A DNA stretch of 62,136 nt, the filler included. It is 14 parts of 14 records of this genome, joined end to end, with 100 filler letters (N's around TTAATTAATTAA, not from the genome) between each part and the next. Parts side by side here need not be neighbours in the genome. Positions count along the whole stretch, not along the records: positions 42,589 to 46,332 come from SRR7504441_10806; positions 46,433 to 50,322 come from SRR7504441_10808; positions 50,423 to 53,944 come from SRR7504441_10813; positions 54,045 to 57,773 come from SRR7504441_10816; positions 57,874 to 62,136 come from SRR7504441_10823; 9 more parts are not named here. One strand, given 5' to 3'. A model generated the notes under the pieces. It saw only the letters and a list, made by a program, of their open reading frames with translations, made no database searches and was not told the origin of the DNA. The translations under genes were made by a program, and so were the position numbers. The first letter of the stretch is position 1, and every line of letters starts with the position of its first letter. Shown here in pieces: positions 45,409 to 57,939 of the stretch.

Positions 45409-46143
45409 CTAGACGCTATCGAGCCCGTTCCTGGCCATGACAGCCCGGAGCGGTTCTAGCCCGACCCCAGCCCGGATGATCCCGTACTTGCCCGGCTGCG
45501 ACAGGTCGACCACAGTCGAGCCAGTCCTCCCCTCAACTGGGATCACTCCGCCGTCCAGCACCAGGTCCAGCTCGGGCCAGAGACTCTCAAAGTCGCCCGG
45601 ACACACCGGGCTGAGCGACCCACTCAAATTGGCGCTGGTGAGCGCCAGCCCGCCGCCGGCCTCTCGGCAGACTTGTCGGATTAGCTGGTGACTTGGCACC
45701 CGCACCCCCACGCTGGTGTGCTCCGGGTTGAGCATCGGGTTGAGCCCGGGCGCCCGGGCGAGCACCAGCGTGTACGGCCCGGGCAGCAGCGCCTCGAGCA
45801 GCCGGTCGGGCAGCTGGTCCACCTGGGCGTACCGGCCGATCTCACGCACGTCGGCCACGCAGACCGCCACCGGCTTGGAATAGTCGCGGCCCTTGATCCG
45901 GTACATCCGGTCCACCCCGGCGTTGTTGTCCACCGCGCAGCCGATCCCGTACAGCGTGTCGGTGGGCAGCCCGACCAGCCCGCCCTGCCTCAGGGTCTCA
46001 CCGCTCAGTCGGACCGCCGCCCTGGCCTCCGCCGGCGATCGGGCAGGCATGACCGTCGAGTGCCCCAGCGGCCGGACCAGTCCCGACGGCCCGGCGCTCG
46101 CGATCGGCTGTCGAGGGCCGGCGGCCGCTAGAAATGCATGCAT
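45409..46143 (-). CDS. YRDC: Threonylcarbamoyl-AMP synthase (YrdC/Sua5/TsaC)
   Basis: LPTDTLYGIGC, YRIKGRDYSKP, LLPGPYTLV, VGVRVP, LTSANLSG and GSTVVDL. The start is inferred at ATG 46143. Confidence 0.92.
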   Translation of the reverse strand: MHAFLAAAGPRQPIASAGPSGLVRPLGHSTVMPARSPAEARAAVRLSGETLRQGGLVGLPTDTLYGIGCAVDNNAGVDRMYRIKGRDYSKPVAVCVADVREIGRYAQVDQLPDRLLEALLPGPYTLVLARAPGLNPMLNPEHTSVGVRVPSHQLIRQVCREAGGGLALTSANLSGSLSPVCPGDFESLWPELDLVLDGGVIPVEGRTGSTVVDLSQPGKYGIIRAGVGLEPLRAVMARNGLDSV

Positions 46144-46435
46144 CCTCCGAATCTCTTCAGGTGCGCGCCCCCGTGGTGTGGCCGCGCCTCGTTGCCGTTG
46201 CTCTTTTTGATTGGCCGCTGCCACGCCCTGCCTGTGTGGGCTGGGCCGCATCTCCGTGCGCCAGTGGCTGGCCGAGCAGGAGCGCGGACACCGGCCTGCC
46301 CCACTGACTGGCGATGGACCGGGATGATGTGCNNNNNNNNNNNNNNNNNNNNNNNNNNNNNNNNNNNNNNNNNNNNTTAATTAATTAANNNNNNNNNNNN
46401 NNNNNNNNNNNNNNNNNNNNNNNNNNNNNNNNAAG

Positions 46436-49400
46436 ATGAGCAAGCCCCAAGCCCCTCCAAGAAGGAGGGCGGCAAGCAGGAGGGGGTTACGGTTGTGGCA
46501 CGGTTCCGACCGCTAAACGAGCAGGAGTCGGTGTCCGCCCTGGCCGGGGACGGCCCCCCGTTTCTGTGCAACCCCAATGGACACGTCGAAGATAAGCGGC
46601 GCGGCACGGTATACCAGCGCTTCGACAGGTCTTCTTCGGCGGGCGCCGCTGCTGAGCGGCGCGTCGGCAGACTGCTGGATCCATCGGCTACACAGCGGAC
46701 GTGCTACGAATCGACCGCCAAGGAGATGGTACACGAGGTGCGCCGGCCAGTGTCGGTGGACTGAGGCGCCGGCAGGTGCTGGACGGTTTCAACGCCGGCA
46801 TGTTTGCCTATGGCCAGAGCGGCGGCGGGAAGGTGAGTGCGTTGTGATGGATAGATCTGATTGACAGTAGCTGAGTTGGTCTGGGGCTGACCGTGCTGCT
46901 GCAGACGTACAGCATGCTGGGTAAGGAAGGAGACTTGATAGGTACCCCCAGCCCAGCGCTTGCAAGAGCTCGCGCAGGCGACTACCGGGGGATCGTGCCA
47001 AGGGCGATGGCTGACCTGTTCTATGAAGCCAAGCGGATGACCGCAGACAGTAATGGGTCTGTGGAGGCGAGCTGTCTGCTTAGAATAGCGCTGTTACTGT
47101 TGGGGCCAGGTGAGTACCTATATTTCATTCTTCGAGATCTACAAAGATGAGCTGTAGCCAACGCATGGCCTGGCAGGGGTGACGGTAGGCCGTGCAGGTA
47201 CGATCTTCTGCACCAGGATCCGTCAGGGAACAATGTCAAACTGGGCGGACGCGAGAACAGGCGCGGCCGGAGTGGAGGCCGACTGAACCGGTTTGCTTTA
47301 GGCACTTGGAAAAACTCAAGGAGTACGCTGTAATTACTGAGGAGGAAGCAAATCAGGTCAGGTGACTCCAAACGCTCGGGTGAGTTGGTGCAGGTGGTCC
47401 AAGTAGGACAGGAGCGCCGCCGGTATGCATGCATGCCGCTCAACCCGGTGACAAGGCTCCAATCAGCAGTCGCTGACGACCCGGTGGTAGGTTTCGAGTC
47501 GCTCGCACGGCGTGTTAATGCTTAAAGTCAAGAAGCGGTATCAAGACACTTCTGTGGCCCAGTCAGCTCTCTATTTTGTTGACCTGATGGGCTCCGAGGC
47601 TCTAGTGGCCAGTCGAGAGGGCAGCTTTGACGAGACGACTACCATCAACCTTGATTTGCTTACACTGGGCAAAGTGATATCGCTGCTTGGTAAGAAGGCC
47701 AACAAAAATGTGGCGCCGCCATATCGAGACTCCACACTCACCTGGGTGCTGCGCGATGTGCTCGGAGGTAACTGCAAGGCAACCGTGCTCATCACCTGCT
47801 CCCCACACCAGATGCAGTACACAGCCACCCAGAACACGCTGGAATTCGGCGACCAGTGCAAGGGGATTCAGCGTCGGATTGCTCAAGTAGAGAAAAAGCT
47901 AAATGTCAAGGAGCTCGAGAGCATGTTGCTACAGCTTCGACAGGAGCTTGCGATGAAAAACCTCGAAGTGTCAACTGCCGGGCCATCAGACGCCACCAAG
48001 GAAATGATCGAGCAGCTGGAGCGATCAAACCATGCGCTCGAGACGGAACTCCGCCAGACCGAAGAGAAGCAGGTGTTTCATCAACAGGAGTACCATAACA
48101 CCCTTCAAAACTTTGAAAAGTGTGTAGCTGAGGCTGAGGCCGACAAGACCAAGGTGAGCCGATTGAGACTGAGAGTAGGCAAGCCAGCATGCTGTGCTGA
48201 GAATGGCCGGTCACAGGCAGAGAGCAAGCTAGCCAGCCAGATTCTGGTGACCTCAACACTCAATGCTGAGGTGTGGCCTGAATTCTTCCTAGTGACTGAT
48301 AGCTGTCTGCAGTTGGATGGGCTGCGCAAAGCTGTGCAAGAGGCGCAAGGCGAGGAGGTGTTGAATGGAATACGGTCCAAGCTGGTGGCTACACTCTCAG
48401 AGTCGCAGCGGGCTGCGATGGGATCTGGATTAGGACGGGACGGGACTGGATTAGAGGCGATGGTCGAGGAGCTGATTGGTGACAGGGAGACAACGGCGCT
48501 CCAGTTGACACATACTGAGTCGCTGCTGAGTCAAGCTAAAGGCGACCTCGAGACCAAAGTGCAGGCAACTCGCAGAATCAAGCCAGGGTTAGGGTAGATG
48601 TGCGAATTCTTGGGCTTAAACCGTAGTCACTTACAGCGTTTGGCAGATCATCCAAGCGCTCAAAGAGAAGCTTTCGCGGAGCAAGGAGGCGCAGGAGCGG
48701 GCGGAGCTGCGCTGGAGTGCCCAACTGGAGCAATCGCATGAGCGCTGCTATGGGCTTGAAGGCCAGATTGCCCAGCTTAGATCGCAGCTGGAAGGCGAAC
48801 AGGCCAGGGCAAGAGAGGAGCGAGAGCAGATGCGGCAGACATTACTTGCTGCAGAACACGATGCAGAGGACGCCGAGGACGCCTTGCTGTGTCTATCGCC
48901 ACGAGGCAAAGCTGCAACACTAGCAGATGCTGCCCAGGCCGAGGATCCAGCCTCGCTGGGCGATGTGCTTGCGAGGCTCAAGGACAGGCTGAATGATGCT
49001 CGCGGGGAGGTTGCTAGTCTCCGGGAGCGGGAGACGCTCCTTGAGTCAACAGTGGCACAGGCCATGGATAGGAACGCTGAGCTTTCAGCTGAGTTGAGCG
49101 AGGCTAAAGCTCGTGAAACGAGCTCACTTAACCAGAAGATTCAAGTGGACAATGAGTTGGTGAAACTGAAGCAGGCGATGGAGAGCCAGGAGCTCGAACA
49201 GAGTAAGGTGATGGCCTCTCTGGATCAGCAGGTGCTATGGCCTCATAGCTTGGGATGCCTTTTGCAATGTATTAATAACATGCAATGCCTTCTAGGTGTT
49301 GGCTGCTCACACCGAGCTTGATGGGCTGCGGAACGAGATGATGGCCTTGAAGCAGGATAAACTCATCTCAGACAGGGCCAAGGTTAGCTTAATTATGCGT

Positions 49401-49768
49401 GAACAACCCTGGCAATCATAACCCGATGCTAAGGTGCGAGCCAACAAACAGCGGGCACACCAGAAGTTTGCAGCAGCTGCGTTTAACATCACCGTTGAGC
49501 CGCAGGCAGAAGTGCCCGATGTGTGCTGCACTGTGGCTCATCAGTGGCCAGGTAGTGCCAGTGCGAAGCAACTCTAGTGAGGAGGATGTATCAAGGGAGG
49601 TGCCCTTGAGGCCCATATAGCCCCATGACAAGTCACTTTGGGGCCGCAGGCGAGCTCCACTTCGAGCAGAGCACCAGAAGGGAAGCGGCTGCTGGCGCAG
49701 GTGTCGGCTGGGGTAGCATCTGCCTGAGGGTCGAGCAGGTGGCAAGAGACTCAAGGGACAGCCTATAA
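46436..49768 (+). CDS. N-terminal kinesin motor protein with a long coiled-coil tail, multi-exon (3' end approximate)
   Basis: VVARFRPLN, FAYGQSGGGK|TYSM, GIVPRA, SFFEIY, NP|VSSRSH, FVDLMGSE, INLDLLTLGKVI and PYRDSTLTWVLRDVLGGNCK; many ~36-50-nt introns. Confidence 0.9.
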
Positions 49769-50035
49769 TAAGACTCAGAGGAGGAGGCCGAGCAGCCAGC
49801 ACAGACATGTTGCGTGGGTCAGTCGCGGGCCAAGTGTTGATACGGTAGCTTACGATGCATATCTCACTTGAGCCATTTACAATTATTGTATGGCTAAGGC
49901 ATGGCATCTAGTACGAGTGCAGACCATGTACATGTAGGGCACTGCTAGCAAACATCGACAATGAATCATTTTAGTGATACTCGTACATGATATTGTAGTC
50001 ATGTACCATTATGCGGAGATGTTGTGTCGACGCCC

Positions 50036-50135
50036 CGGAGTCTTCATCCTGGTCAGAGTTGTGGCCCAGCCGGCCATGCTCGCCATGCCCCCACGGGTAG
50101 AGCTCACCCGAGTCGGTCCATGCCAGTATGTGAGC
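50036..50135 (-). pseudogene. Isolated RCC1-like repeat fragment (gene fragment or terminal exon)
   Basis: HILAWTDSGELYPWGHGEHGRLGH is a clear RCC1 repeat, with no neighbouring repeats before the contig end. Confidence 0.5.
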
Positions 50136-50698
50136 ATGCCGAGCTGTCACACCGGCCGACCTCCGGGCAGCACTTGTTTCAGATTTCAATCATTGGTGTC
50201 GGCTATGGGACCCGTAGCTAACCCGTAGCCCACGCTAGGGACGTGTGATCACGCTCCGGTCACTTTGCACCACTCGCGGTGTGTGTGTCTAAATCACCCC
50301 CCCCCCCCCCCCCCCCCCCCCCNNNNNNNNNNNNNNNNNNNNNNNNNNNNNNNNNNNNNNNNNNNNTTAATTAATTAANNNNNNNNNNNNNNNNNNNNNN
50401 NNNNNNNNNNNNNNNNNNNNNNAATTGCGCAATAAAATACACGTTCCGTATAGCTACATGTGTTGCACTTCAGGTAAAAGTCTCTACGATATAGATTAGA
50501 TAATTATAGATCTATCAGCATAGAGCATACGAGCTCGAGTACGTACGTGTGAAGAACAAACTTGTAACAATCTTATAACAGAAAATGACACTTTAAGCCT
50601 AAACACGCCTAGCCCGGTTGGGTCATGCAAGTCAACATTGTGTGAACATTGTGAATATTAGACAGACGTGAGGGGTGCTAATTAAGTCGCTCCATGGC

Positions 50699-52537
50699 CT
50701 AGCTGTATAAACTCTGGATTTCTGCAACGAGCGCTTTAGCCTTGGGCTCCTCAAGCTCCGGAAGTTCAAACCTGCAGCTGCTAAGCGCCTGACTCGCGCA
50801 CGTGGAGCTCACCCGAAATTCTTAGTGGCATCTATCGCATCCGCGTTGCAGTAGAGTGTATATGCCAGTGCTGCAAGCAACCGTATCTGAGTTTCCTGGT
50901 CCTGGTCGCAATTGATATGCGAGAACAGCCCGGAGACTAGCTGGACAGAGAGCAGCTCCGACATCTGGCCACTCATCGCGAGCGCTTGGTTGTATCTGAC
51001 CCAGCTCAGCCGGGCAGCTGCAGCTGCGGCACATTAACGCTGCTGCAGTCCTGCGCTCGAGCGCTTCTGTGGCCTCCAGGGACTGCAGGCACACGTCGAC
51101 CACAGTGTCCTGCCCGCAGGCTCGGACTGGCGGCCTCGGGCTGTCGCCTGGATCGAGAGGTGTGTGATGGCCGCTTTGCCCTCCGGGTGGGCGGACAAGT
51201 TGGCCAGCAGAGCAAGCGCCATCATCCGGGCAGTCGCGGACATGCTCCCCATCCTGCAGCCAGTCAGCTCGGCCCGATCCCGCACCCGCCTGGATAGCAG
51301 GCTCTGGAGCAGCGTGCTGTGCTGCGCCACCAAGCGGTTCCCGGTCGGCTTGGTCACGACCCAGCGCAGCAGCCAGAGCAGCGCGCCCATTGCGCTGACA
51401 GGCCATCGCTCGTGCGCCTCACAGAGCAGCTCGACCGTCCGTCCAAAGCTTGGGCTCGACGGATCTAGTCCAGCCTCGAGCTCCGCCACCTGTCACGCCT
51501 TGCAGCCCAGCCACAGCCAGCACACCTCCGATTCCGAAAACCTGTTGGGCTCGTCCAGCTTTGCTGAGGCTTGCAGCACCCTCTGCAGCACGACCGCCGG
51601 CTGGTTGTCCGAAGACAGGAGCGGCCTGCACCGGCCGGATCCGGCAGCGGTACCGGAGCAGCTTACTTGTCGTATGTACTGAGGAATCCGAGTTGGCCCT
51701 CCCTGTCCCGGTGCGGGTGTGCAGGCTGGGTCGCAGGCTGGGCCGCAGGCTGGGCCCACGGCTGCACGCAGTCAGGCCCGGCCGGCCAGGCTGGCACGTT
51801 TGAGATTGGCTGCGGGGTGCTGGCTGGAGCTTGGGCGGGAAGCTGGCTGGGTCCGAGTGGGTCTAGCCCGCCCACCATCTGGGCCTGGAACTGCTCGATC
51901 ATAGGGCGCAGCATCGCCCCGAGCGGCGTGCTCAGAAACTCGGCCGGCAGCCCTGCGCCTGGCTGAGCCGGGCCGGCCGGCTGGGTGCCGGTGATGTGCC
52001 CTGGGATCCCGCGCCCGTCCAGCAGGAACTTAGCGCACTCGTCCTGAACCCAAAGGGTGAGCCGGGCGGGTTGGCAGGCACCGTGAAGTTGTTGCAGTTG
52101 TGGCTGAGCAGGTTGTAGCTCGCCTGGGTGTACTGGGGCCGGATAGAGTCCAGGAACCCCCGGAACTCGGCCGGCGTCTTAGTGGTCTCGCCTGGCCGCG
52201 GGTGGGCCCACTCTATTGGTGTGCCCACCGAGCTCCATGATCTGGAGCTGCATCCCCGGCTGGCTGGTCCACATCGGGTTGGGCTCGCCGACCTCCTGGA
52301 CCCCGCCCCCGTAGAAGAACTCGCGGTTGTACACCTGCCGGGCCTCCAGTCTGGTGCGGAGTGTGCCGGGCACCGCGATCCCGGTGTGGTAGATGGCCTG
52401 GATCTCGCGCCCGAGCAGCCCCGGCGAGAGCTGCCGGGCCATCCCCATCGACAGGTCGTAGCAGTACAGCTTGACCTGCCGCCCGCCGTCTAGTGCACCG
52501 CTGGCTTCACCCGGACCTTGAAACGCGGTGCGCTCAT
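50699..52537 (-). CDS. DESI1: PPPDE/DeSI-family desumoylating isopeptidase with a PUL-like helical C-terminus, multi-exon
   Basis: VKLYCYDLSMGMARQLS, catalytic IYHTGI and YNLLSHNCNNF, GIPGHIT|GLPAEFLSTPLGAMLRPMI. Confidence 0.85.
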
Positions 52538-52619
52538 TGTCTCAAGGAAATCGCCGGCTCCCGAGTTCTAACGACTTTTGGCCCTGCCGGGCCGGGGCTT
52601 TCCCACGAGGCCTGAACGG

Positions 52620-53292
52620 ATGGTCAAGCGGAAGAACCCGCCGGGCTCGTCCAAGAGCAAGCCGGAGCCGGCGAGCGACCAGCCGGACATTCGGCAGAGC
52701 TTTAGCCGCACCCGGCACGGCCAGCTGTTCTCGCCGGACGACAGGTCCGAGGACAAGTTCGAGCAGGCGCCCCGCCGGAGGTGGCCGGGTCTAGCGGCGG
52801 CAGGAAATGGCCCGGGCAATGGAGCTCAGCATCGAGCAGGCCGAGCAGGTGGCGGGGGGGGACGGTGCAGCTGGCGGCGAGGTGATAGAAATCGACCCAG
52901 CCGAACCCAGTGAGGTGGCTGCCAGGGCCGGCGGGCTGCTCACAACGGCGCAGGACCAGCCTACCAGCTTCGAGCCGCCGGCAACTGCGATCGGGCCCGC
53001 AGCGTGACGATGGGGTGGCAGGAGCTCAAGCCCTGGCTCGAGTCGCTCGGGTTCGGCTGGGGCGGCCCAACCGGGCGGCCGGACGGGCCAACGCTCAGGC
53101 TGGAGGTGGCGGGGCGGTGCGGCGCTCAACGGGCGGCTCGAACTGGCGAGCGGCAGGAGGTTTGAGCGGGTGGTCTGGGCGAGAGCTCACGAATCGGAGG
53201 GCAAAATTCGGCTGGCAATCCCAGACGAGGCGCGGCTCGGCTCGGAAGTTGGGCTAAGACCTGCGGCAGGCGGAGCCAGACAAATACAATAA
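52620..53292 (+). CDS. Small hypothetical multi-exon protein (3' end uncertain)
   Basis: ATG 52620 MVKRKNPPG...; GC-AG and GT-AG intron-like segments keep a frame open; UIM-like EMARAMELSI. Confidence 0.4.
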
Positions 53293-54317
53293 TTACACCC
53301 TCGGGTTGAGATCTGGGATAATTCATTCAGTCTCGCATCGTGCTCCTTACGAGGTGTGTGGCCCAGGCGTGGCTCCTAATCATGCATTGCAGCTGTCAGG
53401 GCTCTGTGGCCCAAGCCCCAAGACATTATGTAATCACGTCAAGATGATCTTTACACACGACGCGAGCGTGGTCCATGATCCGGGCACTATTTCCGATTGT
53501 TATAGCATGATGCGGGCACTATTGCCACCTAGGCTGCGTGATCATATTTGTCTTCCCCCGGCACCGACGTCCGCTAGTTGACAAGCTCCCGGCATCATAG
53601 CATTAAATTACGATCGGAAGCTAAGCGCTATTTGATTGGTCAATCGATTATCAATCGATGGTCGGCGAGGTCCCCTACTTGTACTTAAGAATAAATGATT
53701 CGGCAACAATCTGATGTGAATCTGATGAACTGTCGCAAAGTCTTACGGCTGTTGATGAGGCGAACTGTCTAAGGATGCTAGGGAGTAGCAGCTTGCCGAC
53801 ATCGGGGGCATCGGGGGCCGGCATCGGTTTCATAGGTCAAGAATGGGGGCAAGGCCAGGACAATGTGAACGTGTTGTCGTCCGTCGAAGCATCACTTCGT
53901 GACAGCAGTCCCGAAGCGCGTATGGACCCAAGGGATCAGCAGCTNNNNNNNNNNNNNNNNNNNNNNNNNNNNNNNNNNNNNNNNNNNNTTAATTAATTAA
54001 NNNNNNNNNNNNNNNNNNNNNNNNNNNNNNNNNNNNNNNNNNNNCGCCATTTAATGTTCATATGAACGCGTAGTCGACATGTCATGGAGAGTGTACCAAA
54101 TGTCTACAGCTCCTTTGCGTATTAAATTATTAAGATTATTGTTGAGCTCCACGCACACCTCAATTGCAACCCGATCAGTCGATCAGTCCGTCAGCCTGAG
54201 TCCGCACTGAAGACGGATCAGGCACCACTGACTGCCGCGGACTGTCAACAACAGCTGCAGGGCGGTTTGGTGCACAGGGCGCAGTGTCCTGCGGAAGAGC
54301 GGCGCAGGCAGGGAGCT

Positions 54318-56856
54318 ATGGATCGGGTTCCGGGGCCGCGAGACAAGCAGGGGTACCTGATGAAGCAGGCCGGGGTCGACGCCCAGGGCGACTCCAAGGG
54401 CTTCTTCGGCGACTCGTGGCAGCAGCGCTACTTTCGGTGCCCTGCCGCAGCCTCGGCAGCAGCCGAGCCCGGGGCAGGCTGTCGGAGGGGCACCTGGCGT
54501 ACATGGAGAAGGAGAGCTCGGCGGCCAGCACGGCCAAGCAGTTCGATCTGACCAGCTGCACCGCCGAGCCGCAGGTGGTTCAGCCGGACAAGCACAAGTC
54601 CGGGCTGCAGCTCCAGGTCCAATTCGCCGACCGGATGCTCAGGGTAAAGACCACCGACTCGTACGCGCCGGACGCGGCCCGGGCGCTGCTGCTCTCGTGG
54701 GCGGCCGCGATCACCAACCACCGGAACCACTTCGTGGCGCTCGAGCAGTTCGGACCGGACAAACTGCACCACGCGCTCAAGCTGAAGAAGGCACTCGACG
54801 CCACCGCCGGCAACGCTGGCAGCCGGTGCGGGCCGTCTGGGCTGGCCGACGGGGGGCAGGCGGCTGGTGGAGGTGTGGAAGTGGCAAATGTGGGACGGGG
54901 AGCGTTCTGCTAAGAGCAAGGCCAAGGACTCGAGCAGGATGCCGTCGCTCGAGGCCGACACCGAGGTGCTCGAGACGCCCGAGTGGGTGCACCGCTCGAT
55001 GGACGAGAGCGGCTGGATAGAGGAGCCGGCCGAGCTGGCCAAAGTGAAGGACGCGCAGGACGGAGAGCGCTGGCTGTCGCGGCTGCAGCGCGAGGAGCAG
55101 CAACTGAGCACGCTGTTCGACTCGGCGGTGCTCCAGCTGGGCCAGGTGCGCGAGGAGCTGGCCGGGCTGCTGGCCGAGCCCAAGAGCCGGCTGGCTGAGC
55201 TCCGGCTGAACCAGCTGGAGCTGAGTCGGGCCGAGCTCGCGATGGCAGTCAGACTCTACCGCAGGGTGCGCACTGCGCTCACACGCCGGCGGGAGGCGCT
55301 GTTCAAGTCGCTGGCCGCGGACGAGAACAGCCCGACCCTGACCGCGGCGGCCGCTTTGGACGAGCCGGAGCCTGCGGTGTCGCTGGGCGGGAGCGAGATG
55401 GCGCGGGAGCGGGCAGCCTCGTTCACGCAGGTTCTGGACACTCAGGTGCTCGAGGAGCTGGCCATGTCGCCCAGGGTAGACAAGGACAAGCTGCGCGAGC
55501 AGCTGCGCGACGCGTTCATAGAAGAGTTCACCCTGTGGGAGAAGGCGCAGCGCGAGGCCGAGAAGATGCTCGCAGACAGCGGGAGCAGGTACGCAGAGCA
55601 GGTGCGCGAGCTCAAGTCAGAGATCTCAGAGCTGCACAAGTCGCACGCCCGGGAGGCAGCCGAGCTAGAGCTCGAGCTCAAGAGCCGGGCCGATCAGATC
55701 CGGGGCGAGGCGCACGGCTCGGCCTCGGCACGGGTGGAGCTGCTGCAGAAGGAGCTGGAGCTGAGCACCCAGAAGCGAGACGAGGAGGTCAAGAAGTGCA
55801 CCGAGCTCAGGCGGAGGCTAGAGCAGGAGGTGGCCGCCAAGGGCGGGCCGGCGGCCGCGGAGTCGCACCAGGCTGAGGCGCGGGAGGAGAAGTCAGAGGA
55901 GAAGAAGGGTTTCTTTGGGGGGCAGCAGGAGCAGCTGACGGATTGTGCGGGCGAAGTGAAGCAGCTGGAGGTGCAATTGGACCAGGCGGTGGTGGCCAGG
56001 GACGCGGCCGAGGCCGAGAGCAAGGCGGCTGAGGTGTGTGCGGGCGGGGCTGGGCTGAGCTGTGCTGCAGGCCAAGATGGGCGCGCTCGATAAGCTGTTC
56101 GAGGAGCTTCGAGCCGAGAATGACGAGTTGCTCGAGGGGATCGCCACCGCCTACCGCCGGCTGAGGGACGAGGAGCAGCTGCGGGCCGACCTTTTGGAGC
56201 AGCTCCGGGAGCAGAAGAGCCTGACCTCTGACGAGCTCTCCGGGATGATCCACCAGATGTCGACAGAGAACCGCCGGCTGAGCATGGAGGTGGCCGACAC
56301 CCAGGCCGGGCTCAAGTCGGCCCAGTCGGCCCACCGGGAGGCGGCGGTCCAGCTCGATCAGTTCGAGCACGGGCACGTCAGGGCGGACGAGGTCCTGTCG
56401 CTGCTCTCTTCACTTGAGGCTCTGGCGGCCGACATGCTGGCGGTCGGAGCAGCCAGAAACTGGCCGGAGGAGATGCTCCTGCCGGCGGCTGGGATTTCGG
56501 AGCTGTGCCAAGTGGCCCAGAACCAGTGGACTCCGTCTGAGTCACCAGCCAGGCAGAACGAGCAGAATCTGCCGACCGAGGTCCTGGCGGCACCACACAA
56601 CAGTGCACCAAAGCTAGAGGCTGGCGGCACTGGTGATGTGGCTGCGCTGTTCAAGAAAGTGGGCGAGCGACTGCATCAGCTGCTCGAGCGCCAAGCCCAA
56701 GGGGAAGAAAGTGCGCCGAGCGAGGCTCAGCCAGATGCCACGAGCTTAGTACCAGAGGGCTTCTCTGGACCTACGAGCCCGGATTTAGATGTCATGTCAT
56801 CCGGGGATAGTAGATTGCTGCCTGGGCAAGGCTCACTAATCAATCAATTCTATTAG
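54318..56856 (+). CDS. PH-domain plus coiled-coil protein, multi-exon
   Basis: KQGYLMKQ...WQQRYFR|LSEGHLAY...LLSWAAAI is a PH signature, followed by a long E/L/A-rich heptad region. Confidence 0.8.
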
Positions 56857-56959
56857 ACAAGCTTGTACTTACTTGTACTTACTTCTATGTCCTCTATAAC
56901 TCACTCTTTATTTGATCGGGCTATGATTATGTCCTGTAGATCTAAAGACCTGTAGGTGC

Positions 56960-57773
56960 TTATGTAAACCAAGGGCGCTGCCGAGCACCAAGTACTAACG
57001 GGATGTTTTCTAGTGTCAGCTCTGGCATCCCATCGAGGAGCTTCAATTGACTTGCGCTGCCTAGGTGAGCAAGCAACTGTGCCTGCTCTTGCGGGGTCAG
57101 CGAGCCGAACTGCTCGATCCTCTGTTCGAGTGGCAGCTCGGCCACTTGTTCTGCTGTCTCTGCAGCCTTGGTTGGATCGAATATCTTGGGGAACATGTCC
57201 TTGGCTTCGAGCTTGAGCCTCTGCTTCTCGGCCTCTATAAGAGCCAGCTCTTGCTCTGAGGCAGCGCGTTGGTCTTGCATCTCTTTCTGGTTGTTCGACA
57301 TCTCCTCTTTGAGTGCTGCGATCTGCTTTTCCTTGAACTGTGTCGCTATGGCGTTGACTGCCATCGCGCTCCCAGCTACCCCGTGCAAGGTCTGCAGCCC
57401 TGCTCCCTTAGTTGCCACCCCAGGCTCCAGCTTGGCTTGACGCTCAATGGTGGACGCCACTGAAAGCTGCTGCTGCAGCATGTCGGTCTTGGCCTGCGCA
57501 GCGGCCAGTTGAGCGGCCAGTTTCTTCTCCTTGAGCTGAGTAGCTATGGAATTGACAGCCATCGCGCTCCCAGTTACCCCATGCATGGTTTGGAGCGCAG
57601 TGCCCTTAGTCGCCACGCCAGGAGGCAGCTTGGCGTGTTGCTCAATCATTGACGCGACTGATAACTGCTGCTCCAGCACGCGCGCCTTCGCCTGGGCATC
57701 AGCCAGCTGCGTCTGATTGGAAGCCGCCTCCTCGGCTAGTCTATCCCTCTCCTCTGCTAGCGCCTCCAGCTGC
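56960..57773 (-). CDS. Coiled-coil protein with two 66-aa tandem repeats; 5'-truncated
   Basis: Open frame to the contig edge; a 198-nt duplication (57512..57709 and 57314..57511). Confidence 0.7.
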
Positions 57774-57939
57774 NNNNNNNNNNNNNNNNNNNNNNNNNNN
57801 NNNNNNNNNNNNNNNNNTTAATTAATTAANNNNNNNNNNNNNNNNNNNNNNNNNNNNNNNNNNNNNNNNNNNNATGAGTTGGCAGTACTCATGAATAAAT
57901 GATCTGCTAGTCTACAATGCCGGACCGACAATTATTAAT

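Noticed and set aside
50297-50322. Poly-C tract
   Set aside because: It lies at a contig end and is most likely a poly-G sequencing or assembly artefact.
53700-53770. CTGATGA as a hammerhead ribozyme or C/D snoRNA core
   Set aside because: No matching GAAA core with flanking stems and no convincing D box or terminal stem.
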